A stretch of DNA of 64,000 bases from Chara braunii (taxonomy: Eukaryota; Plantae; Charophyceae). This document shows positions 13,159-23,118 of this stretch, one piece after another (position 1 is the stretch's first letter; each line of letters starts with the position of its first letter). The notes below the pieces were generated by a model. It saw nothing but the letters and a program-made list of their open reading frames with translations. It searched no databases and was not told where the DNA came from. The stretch spans positions 4,858,005 to 4,922,004 of the forward strand of contig BFEA01000022.1 in the NCBI GenBank assembly GCA_003427395.1. Direction: 5' to 3'. The position numbers were made by a program, and so were the translations under genes.

Positions 13159-13975
13159 GGACCTCTCATTCAGAGGACCCGCTCAATCAAGTAGCCAGCT
13201 TGCTGATCTATTGATCACTCGTTAGTAACGCAAGTACGACTTCGTCAAATCTCTGAAAAAAAAAATTCTCGCAACAACTATCTGAAAATTTGAAATTTCT
13301 GATATTGGCATTTCGTTTTACCTGAAAATTTCTGATATTAGTAGTTCGTTTTTACGTAACAAATATCTGAAAATTTCTGATAAATTGCATTTCGCTTTGT
13401 CTGAAAATTCCCGATAGTAGCTTTTCGTTTCTCTGATATTTCGCATACATAGCTGAAAGTTCTGAAGTTAGTATTTCGTTCTCTAGGCATATTGGGATAA
13501 CGATAGAAGTGGTCATATTCTCGGAAACTGGAATTATTCTTTTCTGAAAATCGAATTTCCATTCTATCTCGCAAAATTTTTTTGAAAACCGAAATCTTGC
13601 GAAGCCTACCAATATTGCGTTAGGCATATTCGGAGGTTGCCATATTCTCAGAAAGTGGATTTCGTTGTTTTCTGAAGATCGCATCTTTACTCCATTTCGC
13701 CAAAAAAAATTTCAAGATCGCAGTTTGTAAAAGCCGAAACTTTGCGGAACCTAGCCTAGATCTCGTTCATAGTACTCTTCTGACATGTCCTACTCATAAT
13801 AGATCGACAGATATACAAAAAAAAAAAAGAAAAAAAAAAGGAAGTAGTCCTCTTTTATTTTTTTTTATATTTTATTTTTATCTGTTGATTAGGGCCGGAG
13901 GAAAGTATTGTTGGGTTGGTTTCCTACCTGCGTCTTCCCTCCCACCCACCCTTTGCATGCATTTCCGGGATGGTA

Positions 13976-14178
13976 CAGTGACACATCAGCAGTGCCACGT
14001 CAGACAGTGCCACGTAAGCAGTGCCACGTCGGCAGTGCCACGTCAGACAGTGCCACGTAAGCAGTGCCACGTCAGCAGTGCCACGTCAGACACAGTGCCA
14101 CGTAAGCAATGCCACGTCAGTAGTGCCACGTCAGACAGTGCCACGTAATCAGTGCCACGTCAGCAGTGCCACGTCAGC
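13976..14178. repeat. Tandem array of 13 TGCCACGT (ABRE/Hex-like) motifs just before the gag ATG
   Basis: Unit CAGTGCCACGT(C/A)AG; 13 GCCACGT cores counted; ATG at 14182. Confidence 0.9.
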
Positions 14179-14181
14179 AAC

Positions 14182-15741
14182 ATGACGGGCCTGCCAGGCC
14201 AACTGGCCAATGAGCCCATTGCCGACTACAAAAAGCGCTTCCAGGCTCAGCTCGCTGTAATCGAGGCTGAGGAACAACGCCAGCTGGCAGCCAAGGCTAC
14301 CCAGCTACAGGCTGACGAAGCGGCAGCAGCAGAGAAGCTGCGGCTACAGGCCGAAGCAGACGCAGATGCCCAGGCTCGCCGCAAGGAAGCCCAGGATCTG
14401 CTGCTGCGGCATGAAGCCAACAGCATCGAGAGACTCAAGTACTGGCACTTTGAACCGAACGGCGACGAGGCAACACCAGAAGAGCAGCATAAGGAGTTCA
14501 TGGCCAAGCTAGTGACCAGGTTGGTTTACACGTGTACAGTCCGAGCTGGCGAACCTCCAGCGGGCCGTGCGGAACCATAAGACTCAGCACGAGGATGCCA
14601 CACGGGCACTGGACGCCCGTGTACAGGACTTGGAACAAGTTCCGCCAAGACCAGATGCTGGGGCTTCCAGCAGTGCATCCTCTAGCCGCCAACTGGAGGA
14701 ACGCGTTGACCACGTAGTGGCAATGCTCGGCGACATCAGCACCTTCACTGCGCCGACCACCATCAGCAGTCAGCTGCATACCTTGAAGACCGAGTTCCAG
14801 CAGTTGCAGTCGACGAACACGGATGGCAATCCTAAGTTGTACAAGATGCCAACTTTCCAACTGGACAAGTTCGACAACTACACGCAGCAGGATCCGGTCC
14901 TCTGGTGGGAAGCATTCACGACGCAACTTCGGATTTTGCCTGTCGCTAAGCATGCGTACATCGGCGCCCTGTTCATGAACTCAAAGGGCGGATGCCAGAT
15001 CTGGTTGACCCACCTGGCAACCTCTCACGGCGTCGACGTACCGGACTTGAAGGACAAGATCACATGGGAGGAACTGACACGACTGTGGAAGAAGCGGTTC
15101 ATCGTCGACGACGCACCATCAACCGTCTGTTCACCATGTCACAGGGCAACACCGCAACACGGGATTGGCTCACGGAGTGGCAGAAGATTGCGGCAGTGCC
15201 CAATCTGGACTTGCCATTCACGCATTTACGCCCTGAGTTCTACAACAGGTCCTGTGCTGCATTGAGCCAGGCTCTTGGTGATCGCGAGCAGTACTCAACC
15301 TTTGCTGAGATCATCGACAAGGCGAGGGAAATCATCAAGACCAACAGGTCGACTGCACATGAGAAGTCAACATGGCAGCCGACCTATGTGGAGAAGGTAC
15401 GAACTGGTCCACGACAGCAGCACTTCGCTGCAGTCCAGTCGGACAGTGGAGATAATCCAGCAGCCACTCTAGCATCAGGTGACGGAGATCAGGTGGCTGC
15501 TGTCCAGCCGCGAAGCAACAACAAGTCCCGCAACAATGGGAAGGCGAAATCCGCATCACAGGCCGGAAATGGACAGCCAGTACAATTTCCATGGGTCAAG
15601 TTNGGCTTGACCGAGGCGGAGTACAAGGTCCGCGGCCGCTACGGCAGCCGCTATTGGTGCAACAGCACCAAGCACAAGACCTCCCTGTGCCAAGATCAGG
15701 GCAAGGAGGATGTGCGACCCCGCCTCAACTCGAGAAACTAA
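14182..15741 (+). pseudogene. gag: gag with two frameshifts and a degenerate zinc knuckle
   Basis: Split over ORFs 14152, 14567 and 14992. Motifs KMPTFQLDKFD..QQDPVLWW and RYWCNSTKHKTSLC. Confidence 0.85.
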
Positions 15742-18700
15742 GTTCCACGGAAGGTGAGGCGACTCCACCTTCTACTCCGCCAGATTCGGCCGCCTTGCTA
15801 GCGGCCTCCCACACATCTGGGGAGGATGCGAATGTCGCAGGTTCTCGTTACACTTACGAGGACTATGCTGTCCACTTGGTTCCACCGCTGGACCAACCGC
15901 TCCACGTGCAACAATCTACCGCATGCACGGTTTCATCACCATCGGCAACCGATTCGGCAGCTTCGCCGCCATCTATCACCGGGGATTCATCGTCGTGGTC
16001 AAGACTTGAGGTGCTCGACCCACTGACGTTCACGGACTTCCAGTGGATGCCCATTCCCCCGAGCGGACGATTGTCGAAACCGCATTGCAATGTGCTCATG
16101 GCACAACTGCGGGATCACTTGCACACTGCAGGACCAGCTCCGTTGATGGACGTCGGAGTAGAGGTTGTCGACCTTCACGCTTACACTGCGAAGATCGACC
16201 GCGAGTTCAAGATGCAACGGTACGACGACATCGACGCACCATTGCTATATGTACGCATTCAGATCGGAGAAGCGACCTGCAACGCCTTGATCGATTGCGG
16301 AGCATCTCGCAACTACATCAGCCAGGACTTCATGGTGCGCGTCGGCCTTGGCCCACGTGTCCGGAGGAAGTCCCAGCCTACGCAAGTCACGTTGGCGGAC
16401 GGTCACACGCACAAGTCAATCGACCGGTGCATTGACAACGTCCCAGTGTACTTTGCCCCTCACGCAAGTGAGGCGGTGTCCTTTGACATTCTGGACACCA
16501 AATTTGACATGATCTTGGGCATGTCATGGCTGCGAAGCGAGGATCACCCGGTGAATTGCTTCCACCGCACCGTTCACATTCGTGATCGGAACGGAGTACT
16601 AGTTCCATGCACGGTGCCTCTTCCTCATCCTTCGATCACCTGCCACGTGGTATCCGCCACAAGCATGCGAGCTTCCATCATCACAGACGACATCGAGGAG
16701 ATGGGGGTATGTTTTCTCCACGCCCTCCCGCCCCATGACGCTTCATCGACGGACTCACCTTCGGATCCACGCATCACCGAGCTTCTCGACGCCTACAGCG
16801 ACGTGTTCGAAGGCCCGCACGGAGTAGTACCGGATCGACCCATCCGCCACGAGATCATCCTCGAGGACGGGGCCGTACCTCCGCGCGGTTGCATCTACCG
16901 AATGAGCGAGGAAGAGTTAAGTGTGCTTCGGGCACAACTCGACGACCTTCTGGAGAAAGGTTGGATTCGGCCTAGCTCATCGCCATACTGTGCTCCTGTT
17001 CTCTTCGTCCGGAAGAAGAACAAGGATTTGCGGTTGTGCATCGATTATCGCAAGCTCAACGCGCAGACGATCAGAAACGTCGGCCCTTTCCCACGCATCG
17101 ACCACCTTCTCGAGCGACTGGGCGGCGCCAAGTTCTTCTCCAAGCTCGATCTCAAGTCGGGATATCACCAACTCGAGATTCGCAAGGAGGACCATTACAA
17201 GACCGCGTTTAAGACGCGATATGGGCATTTCGAATGGCTGGTTATGCCTTTTGGCCTTACCAATGCCCCGGCCACTTTCCAAGCGGCTATGACAACGGAG
17301 TTCCGACACATGCTGGATCGATACGTATTTATCTACCTCGACGACATCCTGGTGTACAGCCGGAGTTTGGAGGAGCATGTGGAACACCTGTGCACCATTT
17401 TGGAGCGGCTACGACAAGCCAAGTACAAGGCCAACCGCGACAAGTGCGAATTCGCACGACAGGAGCTAGAGTACTTGGGACATTATGTGACGCCGCAAGG
17501 CATCCGTCCGCTTGCGGACAAGATCGAGGCCCTACGAGTATGGCCCGAGCCCACCAACACCACGGACGTTCGTTCATTCATGGGGTTGGCGGGCTACTAT
17601 CAGCGATTCATCACCGGATACTCACGGATTGCTGCACCTATGACGCGACTACAATCGCCAAAGGTGCCATTCGTATTCGATGACGACGCACGTCGGTCAT
17701 TCCAAGCACTTAAGATGGCTATGCTCATGGCACCCGTCCTCAGCATCTACGACCCCACCCTGCCTACGAGCGGCATTGGGGCAGTCTTGGAACAGCACGA
17801 CGGCGACGACTGGCACCCTGTGGAGTATTTCAGCCACAAAGTGCCTCCCATCAACTCGCTTGATGATGCAAGGAAGAAGGAGCTGCTCGCGTTCGTCATG
17901 GCTCTCAAGCGATGGCGGCACTTCCTCCTTGGGCGTCGTAGGTTCACATGGGTCACAGACAACAACCCATTGACCTACTACAAGACGCAGGATACGGTGA
18001 GCAGCACGATCGGGCGATGGATGTACTTCATCGACCAGTTTGACTTCTCACCAAAACATCTTCCCGGCCTCTCAAATCGCGCAGCAGATGCACTCTCGCG
18101 AAGACCTGATCTTTGCGCTATGACACATCATGCCTTCGCATTCGACGAGGAGCTTCAGCGACACTTCATCCGGGCATATGAGTCTGATCCGGACTTCGCC
18201 ACGCTGTATGCACAGCTATTTTCGGATCACCCGCCGGCCAGCCACTATCGCATTGCCGACGGGTACTTGCTCCTCCACTCGAGAGGCAAGAACTTACTAT
18301 GTGTCCCACGCGACCGCCGTCTTCGGACTCGCCTCCTCGGCGAGTATCATGATTCTCGACTCGCCGGCCATTTCGGCGTCAACCGCACTATTGCACGGCT
18401 TCGACAGCGATTCCGATGGCCCGATCTCATTACCGATGTCACTCAGTATTGCGACTCTTGCGAAGTTTGCCGACGCAGCAAGCCCCACAACCGCAATCCC
18501 TACGGCGAGTTACGCCCGATGCCTATCCCACGGGAACCTGGTCTCTCCATTGCCATGGACGTCACCGGTCCGTTTCCCCGCGACAGGCTCGGGCACGACG
18601 GCATCCTCATGGTGGTGGACCGATTGAGTAAGTATGTGTGTTTTCTTCCTTGCAAGTACTACTCCACGGCTCCCGAGCTGGCACGCCTCCTGCACACTGG

Positions 18701-19424
18701 TTGGATTTGTGGCCACGGTGTACCAGAAGACATTGTCAGCGACTGCGACACTCGCTTCATGTCGGCATTTTGGACTGCTCTCATACAGGAGTCCGGCACG
18801 AAGATGAAACCAAGTTCGGCTCGGCATCCACAGACGGACGGGCAAACGGAGCGGGCACATCAAACCGCTCAAATGATGCTTCGTACGCTCATCCGTCCGG
18901 ACCAGAAAGATTGGGTTGACCGCCTCCCCGACATCGAGTTCGCCTACAACACTTCGATGCATCTGGCGATCGGCGTGACTCCATTCGAGTTGCACCACGG
19001 TGGACGGAAAGGCCGGATCTTCGCCGACCTTCTCCTCCCTCGACCAGCCGACATTGACGCTGCCTGCTCTCCCGCTTCCATCTGGAAGTACAGGGAATTG
19101 CTGACTCAAGCCCGCGCAAACATGCAAAAGGCTCAAGTCCGCATGCAGCAGCANGCCAACAGGCGTCGCGTACCATGTCCCATCCGCGCCGGTGATCTGG
19201 TTTGGGTCTCCGCGGAAGAGTTTGCACTGGAACAGGATGTTTCACGCAAACTGCTTCCCAAGTGGTTTGGACCTTGGTCTGTGACAGCAGCCGCGGGCGA
19301 TGAGCCCGATGGCCCTTCATTTGTGATCAACATTCCAGAGCATCTGACGGTCCATCCGGTCTTCCACGCCTCGAAGCTTGCAACATACATGCCAGCCAAG
19401 AGCGACGACTTTCCGGGCCGATGA
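15591..19424 (+). CDS. pol: pol polyprotein (protease, RT, RNase H, integrase)
   Basis: ALIDCGASRNY (protease); LRLCIDYRKLN, MPFGLTNAPATFQ and YLDDIL (RT); KELLA...TDNNPL (RNase H, with an apparent deletion of the first catalytic motif); H..GHFG..C..C and MDV...SD..E (integrase). Confidence 0.95.
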   Translation: MGQVXLDRGGVQGPRPLRQPLLVQQHQAQDLPVPRSGQGGCATPPQLEKLSSTEGEATPPSTPPDSAALLAASHTSGEDANVAGSRYTYEDYAVHLVPPLDQPLHVQQSTACTVSSPSATDSAASPPSITGDSSSWSRLEVLDPLTFTDFQWMPIPPSGRLSKPHCNVLMAQLRDHLHTAGPAPLMDVGVEVVDLHAYTAKIDREFKMQRYDDIDAPLLYVRIQIGEATCNALIDCGASRNYISQDFMVRVGLGPRVRRKSQPTQVTLADGHTHKSIDRCIDNVPVYFAPHASEAVSFDILDTKFDMILGMSWLRSEDHPVNCFHRTVHIRDRNGVLVPCTVPLPHPSITCHVVSATSMRASIITDDIEEMGVCFLHALPPHDASSTDSPSDPRITELLDAYSDVFEGPHGVVPDRPIRHEIILEDGAVPPRGCIYRMSEEELSVLRAQLDDLLEKGWIRPSSSPYCAPVLFVRKKNKDLRLCIDYRKLNAQTIRNVGPFPRIDHLLERLGGAKFFSKLDLKSGYHQLEIRKEDHYKTAFKTRYGHFEWLVMPFGLTNAPATFQAAMTTEFRHMLDRYVFIYLDDILVYSRSLEEHVEHLCTILERLRQAKYKANRDKCEFARQELEYLGHYVTPQGIRPLADKIEALRVWPEPTNTTDVRSFMGLAGYYQRFITGYSRIAAPMTRLQSPKVPFVFDDDARRSFQALKMAMLMAPVLSIYDPTLPTSGIGAVLEQHDGDDWHPVEYFSHKVPPINSLDDARKKELLAFVMALKRWRHFLLGRRRFTWVTDNNPLTYYKTQDTVSSTIGRWMYFIDQFDFSPKHLPGLSNRAADALSRRPDLCAMTHHAFAFDEELQRHFIRAYESDPDFATLYAQLFSDHPPASHYRIADGYLLLHSRGKNLLCVPRDRRLRTRLLGEYHDSRLAGHFGVNRTIARLRQRFRWPDLITDVTQYCDSCEVCRRSKPHNRNPYGELRPMPIPREPGLSIAMDVTGPFPRDRLGHDGILMVVDRLSKYVCFLPCKYYSTAPELARLLHTGWICGHGVPEDIVSDCDTRFMSAFWTALIQESGTKMKPSSARHPQTDGQTERAHQTAQMMLRTLIRPDQKDWVDRLPDIEFAYNTSMHLAIGVTPFELHHGGRKGRIFADLLLPRPADIDAACSPASIWKYRELLTQARANMQKAQVRMQQXANRRRVPCPIRAGDLVWVSAEEFALEQDVSRKLLPKWFGPWSVTAAAGDEPDGPSFVINIPEHLTVHPVFHASKLATYMPAKSDDFPGR

Positions 19425-19700
19425 TCGCAGGACTCTCCTTCTATGGATGGTCATCAGGAAGTTGACCGCGTCATCACCGATCGCAAGTACGGCAGCAAGC
19501 CGCGGCAGTACAAAGTCACATTCAAAGCATGCGATCGCGACGACACTCGGTGGATTTCAGGCGCACATTTGAAAGCATCCGCACCGCTGATCTACGCGCA
19601 TTATGAAAAGCGGAGGTTAGCTCAAGAAGCTTCACGACCAGCCCCTCCCACCCGGACTGTGGTCCCTCCCTCAGACAGACAGCTTCACCCTCGCAGGTAA
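19425..19700 (+). pseudogene. Integrase C-terminal chromodomain, separated from pol by one TGA
   Basis: Same frame as pol. EVDRVITDRK...QYKVTFKACDRDDTRWIS is chromodomain-like. Confidence 0.75.
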
Positions 19701-19712
19701 GCTCGGTTCTTC

Positions 19713-19851
19713 AAGGAGGGGGGGGTGTGGCATACTGCGTAGCCACATGGGCCATGCAGGGCCCGTCCCGGACATTCAGCCTAAAAGCCTAAAACTTAGG
19801 GCTTCCAGGCCCCAGTCGTTTCAGCCTGAAAGCTGAAAAACGAGGGCCTGC
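19713..19851 (+). repeat. Polypurine tract plus the first ~126 bp of the 3' LTR
   Basis: AAGGAGGGGGGGG followed by TGTGGCATAC...; identity to the 5' LTR stops at CGAGGGCCTGC. Confidence 0.9.
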
Positions 19852-22800
19852 CTCCCACCTTCCCCCCAATTCATCCCTTAGTCTGCTTTCAGTCAAAAAT
19901 AAAGAAGAAACTTGAACTTGTCACACACATTCCTTCCACTCAGTCTGATTAGATCCTAAAAGAAAGCAAAAAATCATAGGGAAACACACGCATACATCAG
20001 TCAAACTAAAGGGAGATGGTCAAACAGGGAGGTAGTGAGTTCATACAGGCAGAGAGAGATATACCTGATGGTTCCCTGCCTCCAGAACCTCACCTAGGTT
20101 CCGGCAGAGCTCCCGCAATCGGTGGGCAGACTCCCCACAGAGTCTTGCTGCGGTCCTACGGGTTGCACTCCCACCTGCTGCCTTCCTCTCTGAACCGGAT
20201 TAGACTGAGATTAAGAAGGGCAGAATGAGGGGTTTCAGACGCTCGAGATACAAGAGAGGGACTGACTCAACTCGCAGGAGAGGGCCTTGTTGCCTTGATA
20301 CGCCTGAGGGCCCCGCAATGATGGCCAAAAGTACTCAGCAGTCTGGTCAACTGAAGTCAAATCACTAATTGTTCATTCCCTGACGACTCTCCCGCTTCGC
20401 AACAATACCGCTGACTGCAACGCACACCCCTTTTTTTTTTTTTTTGACACAATATCTCTCCCTTAATCTAAACTATCGCTCCCCAGTCCTCAAAGTTTGT
20501 GTTTAAGCGCTCCCCACCTCCATGTTCTTACTCAAAATACGGTCACAACATACCAACTCCACTGATACGATGTCAAGAGCAACATGAGCAACAACCAATT
20601 TGTTGCAGTGGTCATTTCGAGGGCTAGACAAAATGCAGCAGCAATCGATTATGAATTCTTTCGTCGGCCAAGACGCAGCAGTCGCCACTGTAACGCACCT
20701 CCGCAAGGCTCGGCAGTAGTGTCTGACCGCCCATTAAAGTGCAGCCTCCAGCTATGGAATGCTGAGCCCACGCAACAGTTGTTCACGACATGTGTAACAA
20801 CCCGACGACTTCCAAATGATGGTGCACAGCAAACCGTAGCATTCCCTCGCTTGGTCAAAGAAGCAGACCCAACCGTAGTGAGTGGGTGGATCCCAGTTCA
20901 AGCGTAGCTATCGACCCTTGGACTTGGCAATCAAAGATCGGCAATCCACTCGCAATAGCCCCCGAACTTCACAATATGCACCAACAAATGTCCCGCATAG
21001 GTACACAACAAAAATACGCAGCAAGCACAATAGACGCAATGATCTTGGTATTGAACTGTACTCTCCCCGCAACAGCACCGGTTTCACACGTCCATCGGAT
21101 GCGAAATGTCTCGGCGCAGGGCGGCGCCAGCCTGCGCGCATGGCTCCACCTGCTGTGCCACCGTAGAGCGAACCCCCCCTCTCTTTACGAGGATCAAGTC
21201 CAAACTTTGCTAAGGACAAACTCGACCCGATGCTGTGGTGTCTCCGAATCCACGATGGTGAGTGTCCTTTCCACCAAAAAACGGTTGTAGACGATGGCTC
21301 CCACTACAGACGAATGGAAGGACCAGCCTGCGTACCAGTCTACCTCATCAGACTTCGCTCGGCCTCTAGGCAAGTATACGACCTGCGGCTCGACTCACAC
21401 TACTTCAATCTTTAGGATGGGCAGGTTCGGAATGAATCTTCTGCAATTTTGCGGAGACATGCACTCCCTTCAGCCAGACGCCCAGAGAACCTAGAGAGGT
21501 GCTCCCTCCAAAGATATGTCGAGCACGCACCCGCCGATCAGGTAGGTCTCTAACCCTGCAACTGGTCTCTCGCTCAGTGGTTGGACGAGCGATAACGAAA
21601 TGCACCTTTCACGAAAGGCAGCCAAATACATCCATCACTCGAACCTCTCCAACTAGCGCAGTCTGTAGTCAAACAGATCAAAATCTAACTCCTTCCTTTC
21701 TCAATCTAACACCCCCACTCAATTCGCCTTATCAGGAAGCCCCTAACTACTACTCCCCTCCTTCAAATCTGATTCAAAACGAGCAGGATATGCCCTTTTC
21801 TCTTTCTTTTCCCCTATAGCTAGGCGCATTGCTCTTTCTATCTAACTCTCATCCTACTGACCTACTATTAGAACTAACACTGGATTTGAAATCTCCCATT
21901 CCTAAAACCCCCACAACGCTACTATCAACGAGAAACGCCTGAGTTTCGCGATAATCATCCTCTTCCATCTCTGCCATCACTTCTACTCCGCGCCCGTCGT
22001 TTTTTCCTTTACCTTACCTTTTACTCACTCTCTCCTCAAACTGACTGTAGATTCGTATTAGTTGTCCTTCAGAACCCCTATAGCCTTTTTTTCCCCGCCT
22101 GAATCCACGAAGAATCGGACAAACAACCCACCCATCGCTGCGCTCAGCTAGTCTTCTGCCATCTCTACTTCAGTTGTACCTGGCGCAGAACCCCAGCCAA
22201 ATTCATTCATCCTTTACCCTACTATCTTTCTGCAGTTGACGCCCTCTCCCCGGTCCATTCCTTCCTTACATGCATTCCCCCTTCGCGCTATCCAGTGCGC
22301 TATAGCGGCGCATACCGCTACATGTCGGAAGTCGGCGGTCAAGGAAGTTGAAATCTGCTAGATGTGTAGCCACTTACCTGTCGAAATGATCCGCTCGACA
22401 GCACCTGGCGCTGCGATGTTCGGGCCAGCTTGTCGCTACCGTGGGTAGGAGGACGCTGCCCTGCTGTGGGTCATCTTCGTAGCAACCCCTATCGAGTCGA
22501 GAGTTTCGAAGACCGAGGCTAGTGGCGGGTTCCAAGTGTGCCACCTAGTGGCCTATCGCCCCTTGTCTCTCAACAGGCACCCCCCCCATGCAAATGGCGT
22601 CAAGGAACCGGACTGCGGCCCTGATGTAGGGCCTATGCATGGGCCTCGGTGAAACTGGGCCCGGTACTGCCCTTGGTGGCAGCAACAAAATACTCAATTG
22701 AGAACTTTGAGAATCGAAGTGAAGAAGAGGACCCACGCGGCTGGTCGTGGTGCCCTATCTGCGTCCCCTGCTACTGCGCCCCGGGCTACCCCGTCAGGCT

Positions 22801-23118
22801 CAGCCTGCCGCTCTCCGATGTCAAGCGGCCGCAGACCAGTCAGCCACCCGAAATACAAAGGATTGGGCCTTGGGTTAAGTGCCTAGAGAGGGATCGGCCG
22901 GGACTTTCATCAGAGCCATCGGGGAAAATTAGGGGTCGGAAAAAGATCTCTAAAATTTCCCCCATCAACTGATAAAACTAACCCTTGAAATCAAAAAGAG
23001 GAACGGTCGCGCCTGTCGGGCCTAGCACCTATCATTTTCGTCCGTTCTGAGGCTGTTCCCGAAGCGGTCGGCCGCGGTACGGAGGCGCGGTAGCAGGCCT
23101 CGGCGCGTCGTTTTCACA
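19852..23118 (-). mobile_element. Unclassified non-coding segment, possibly a long LTR of another retrotransposon
   Basis: Begins where the 3' LTR breaks off. A minus-strand TG start is possible at 23118. No TSD and no recognisable ORF. Confidence 0.25.

Larger units (their letters stand above)
11960..19851 (+). mobile_element. Ty3/Gypsy chromovirus, near full length, with truncated 3' LTR
   Basis: Order is 5' LTR, PBS, gag, PR-RT-RH-IN-chromodomain, PPT, then the start of the 3' LTR. Confidence 0.95.

Noticed and set aside
22895-22925. Minus-strand CTGATGAAAGTCC and similar GGTGAAAGTCCGAC at ~27279
   Set aside because: No stem II/GAAA/stem III arrangement; short matches only.
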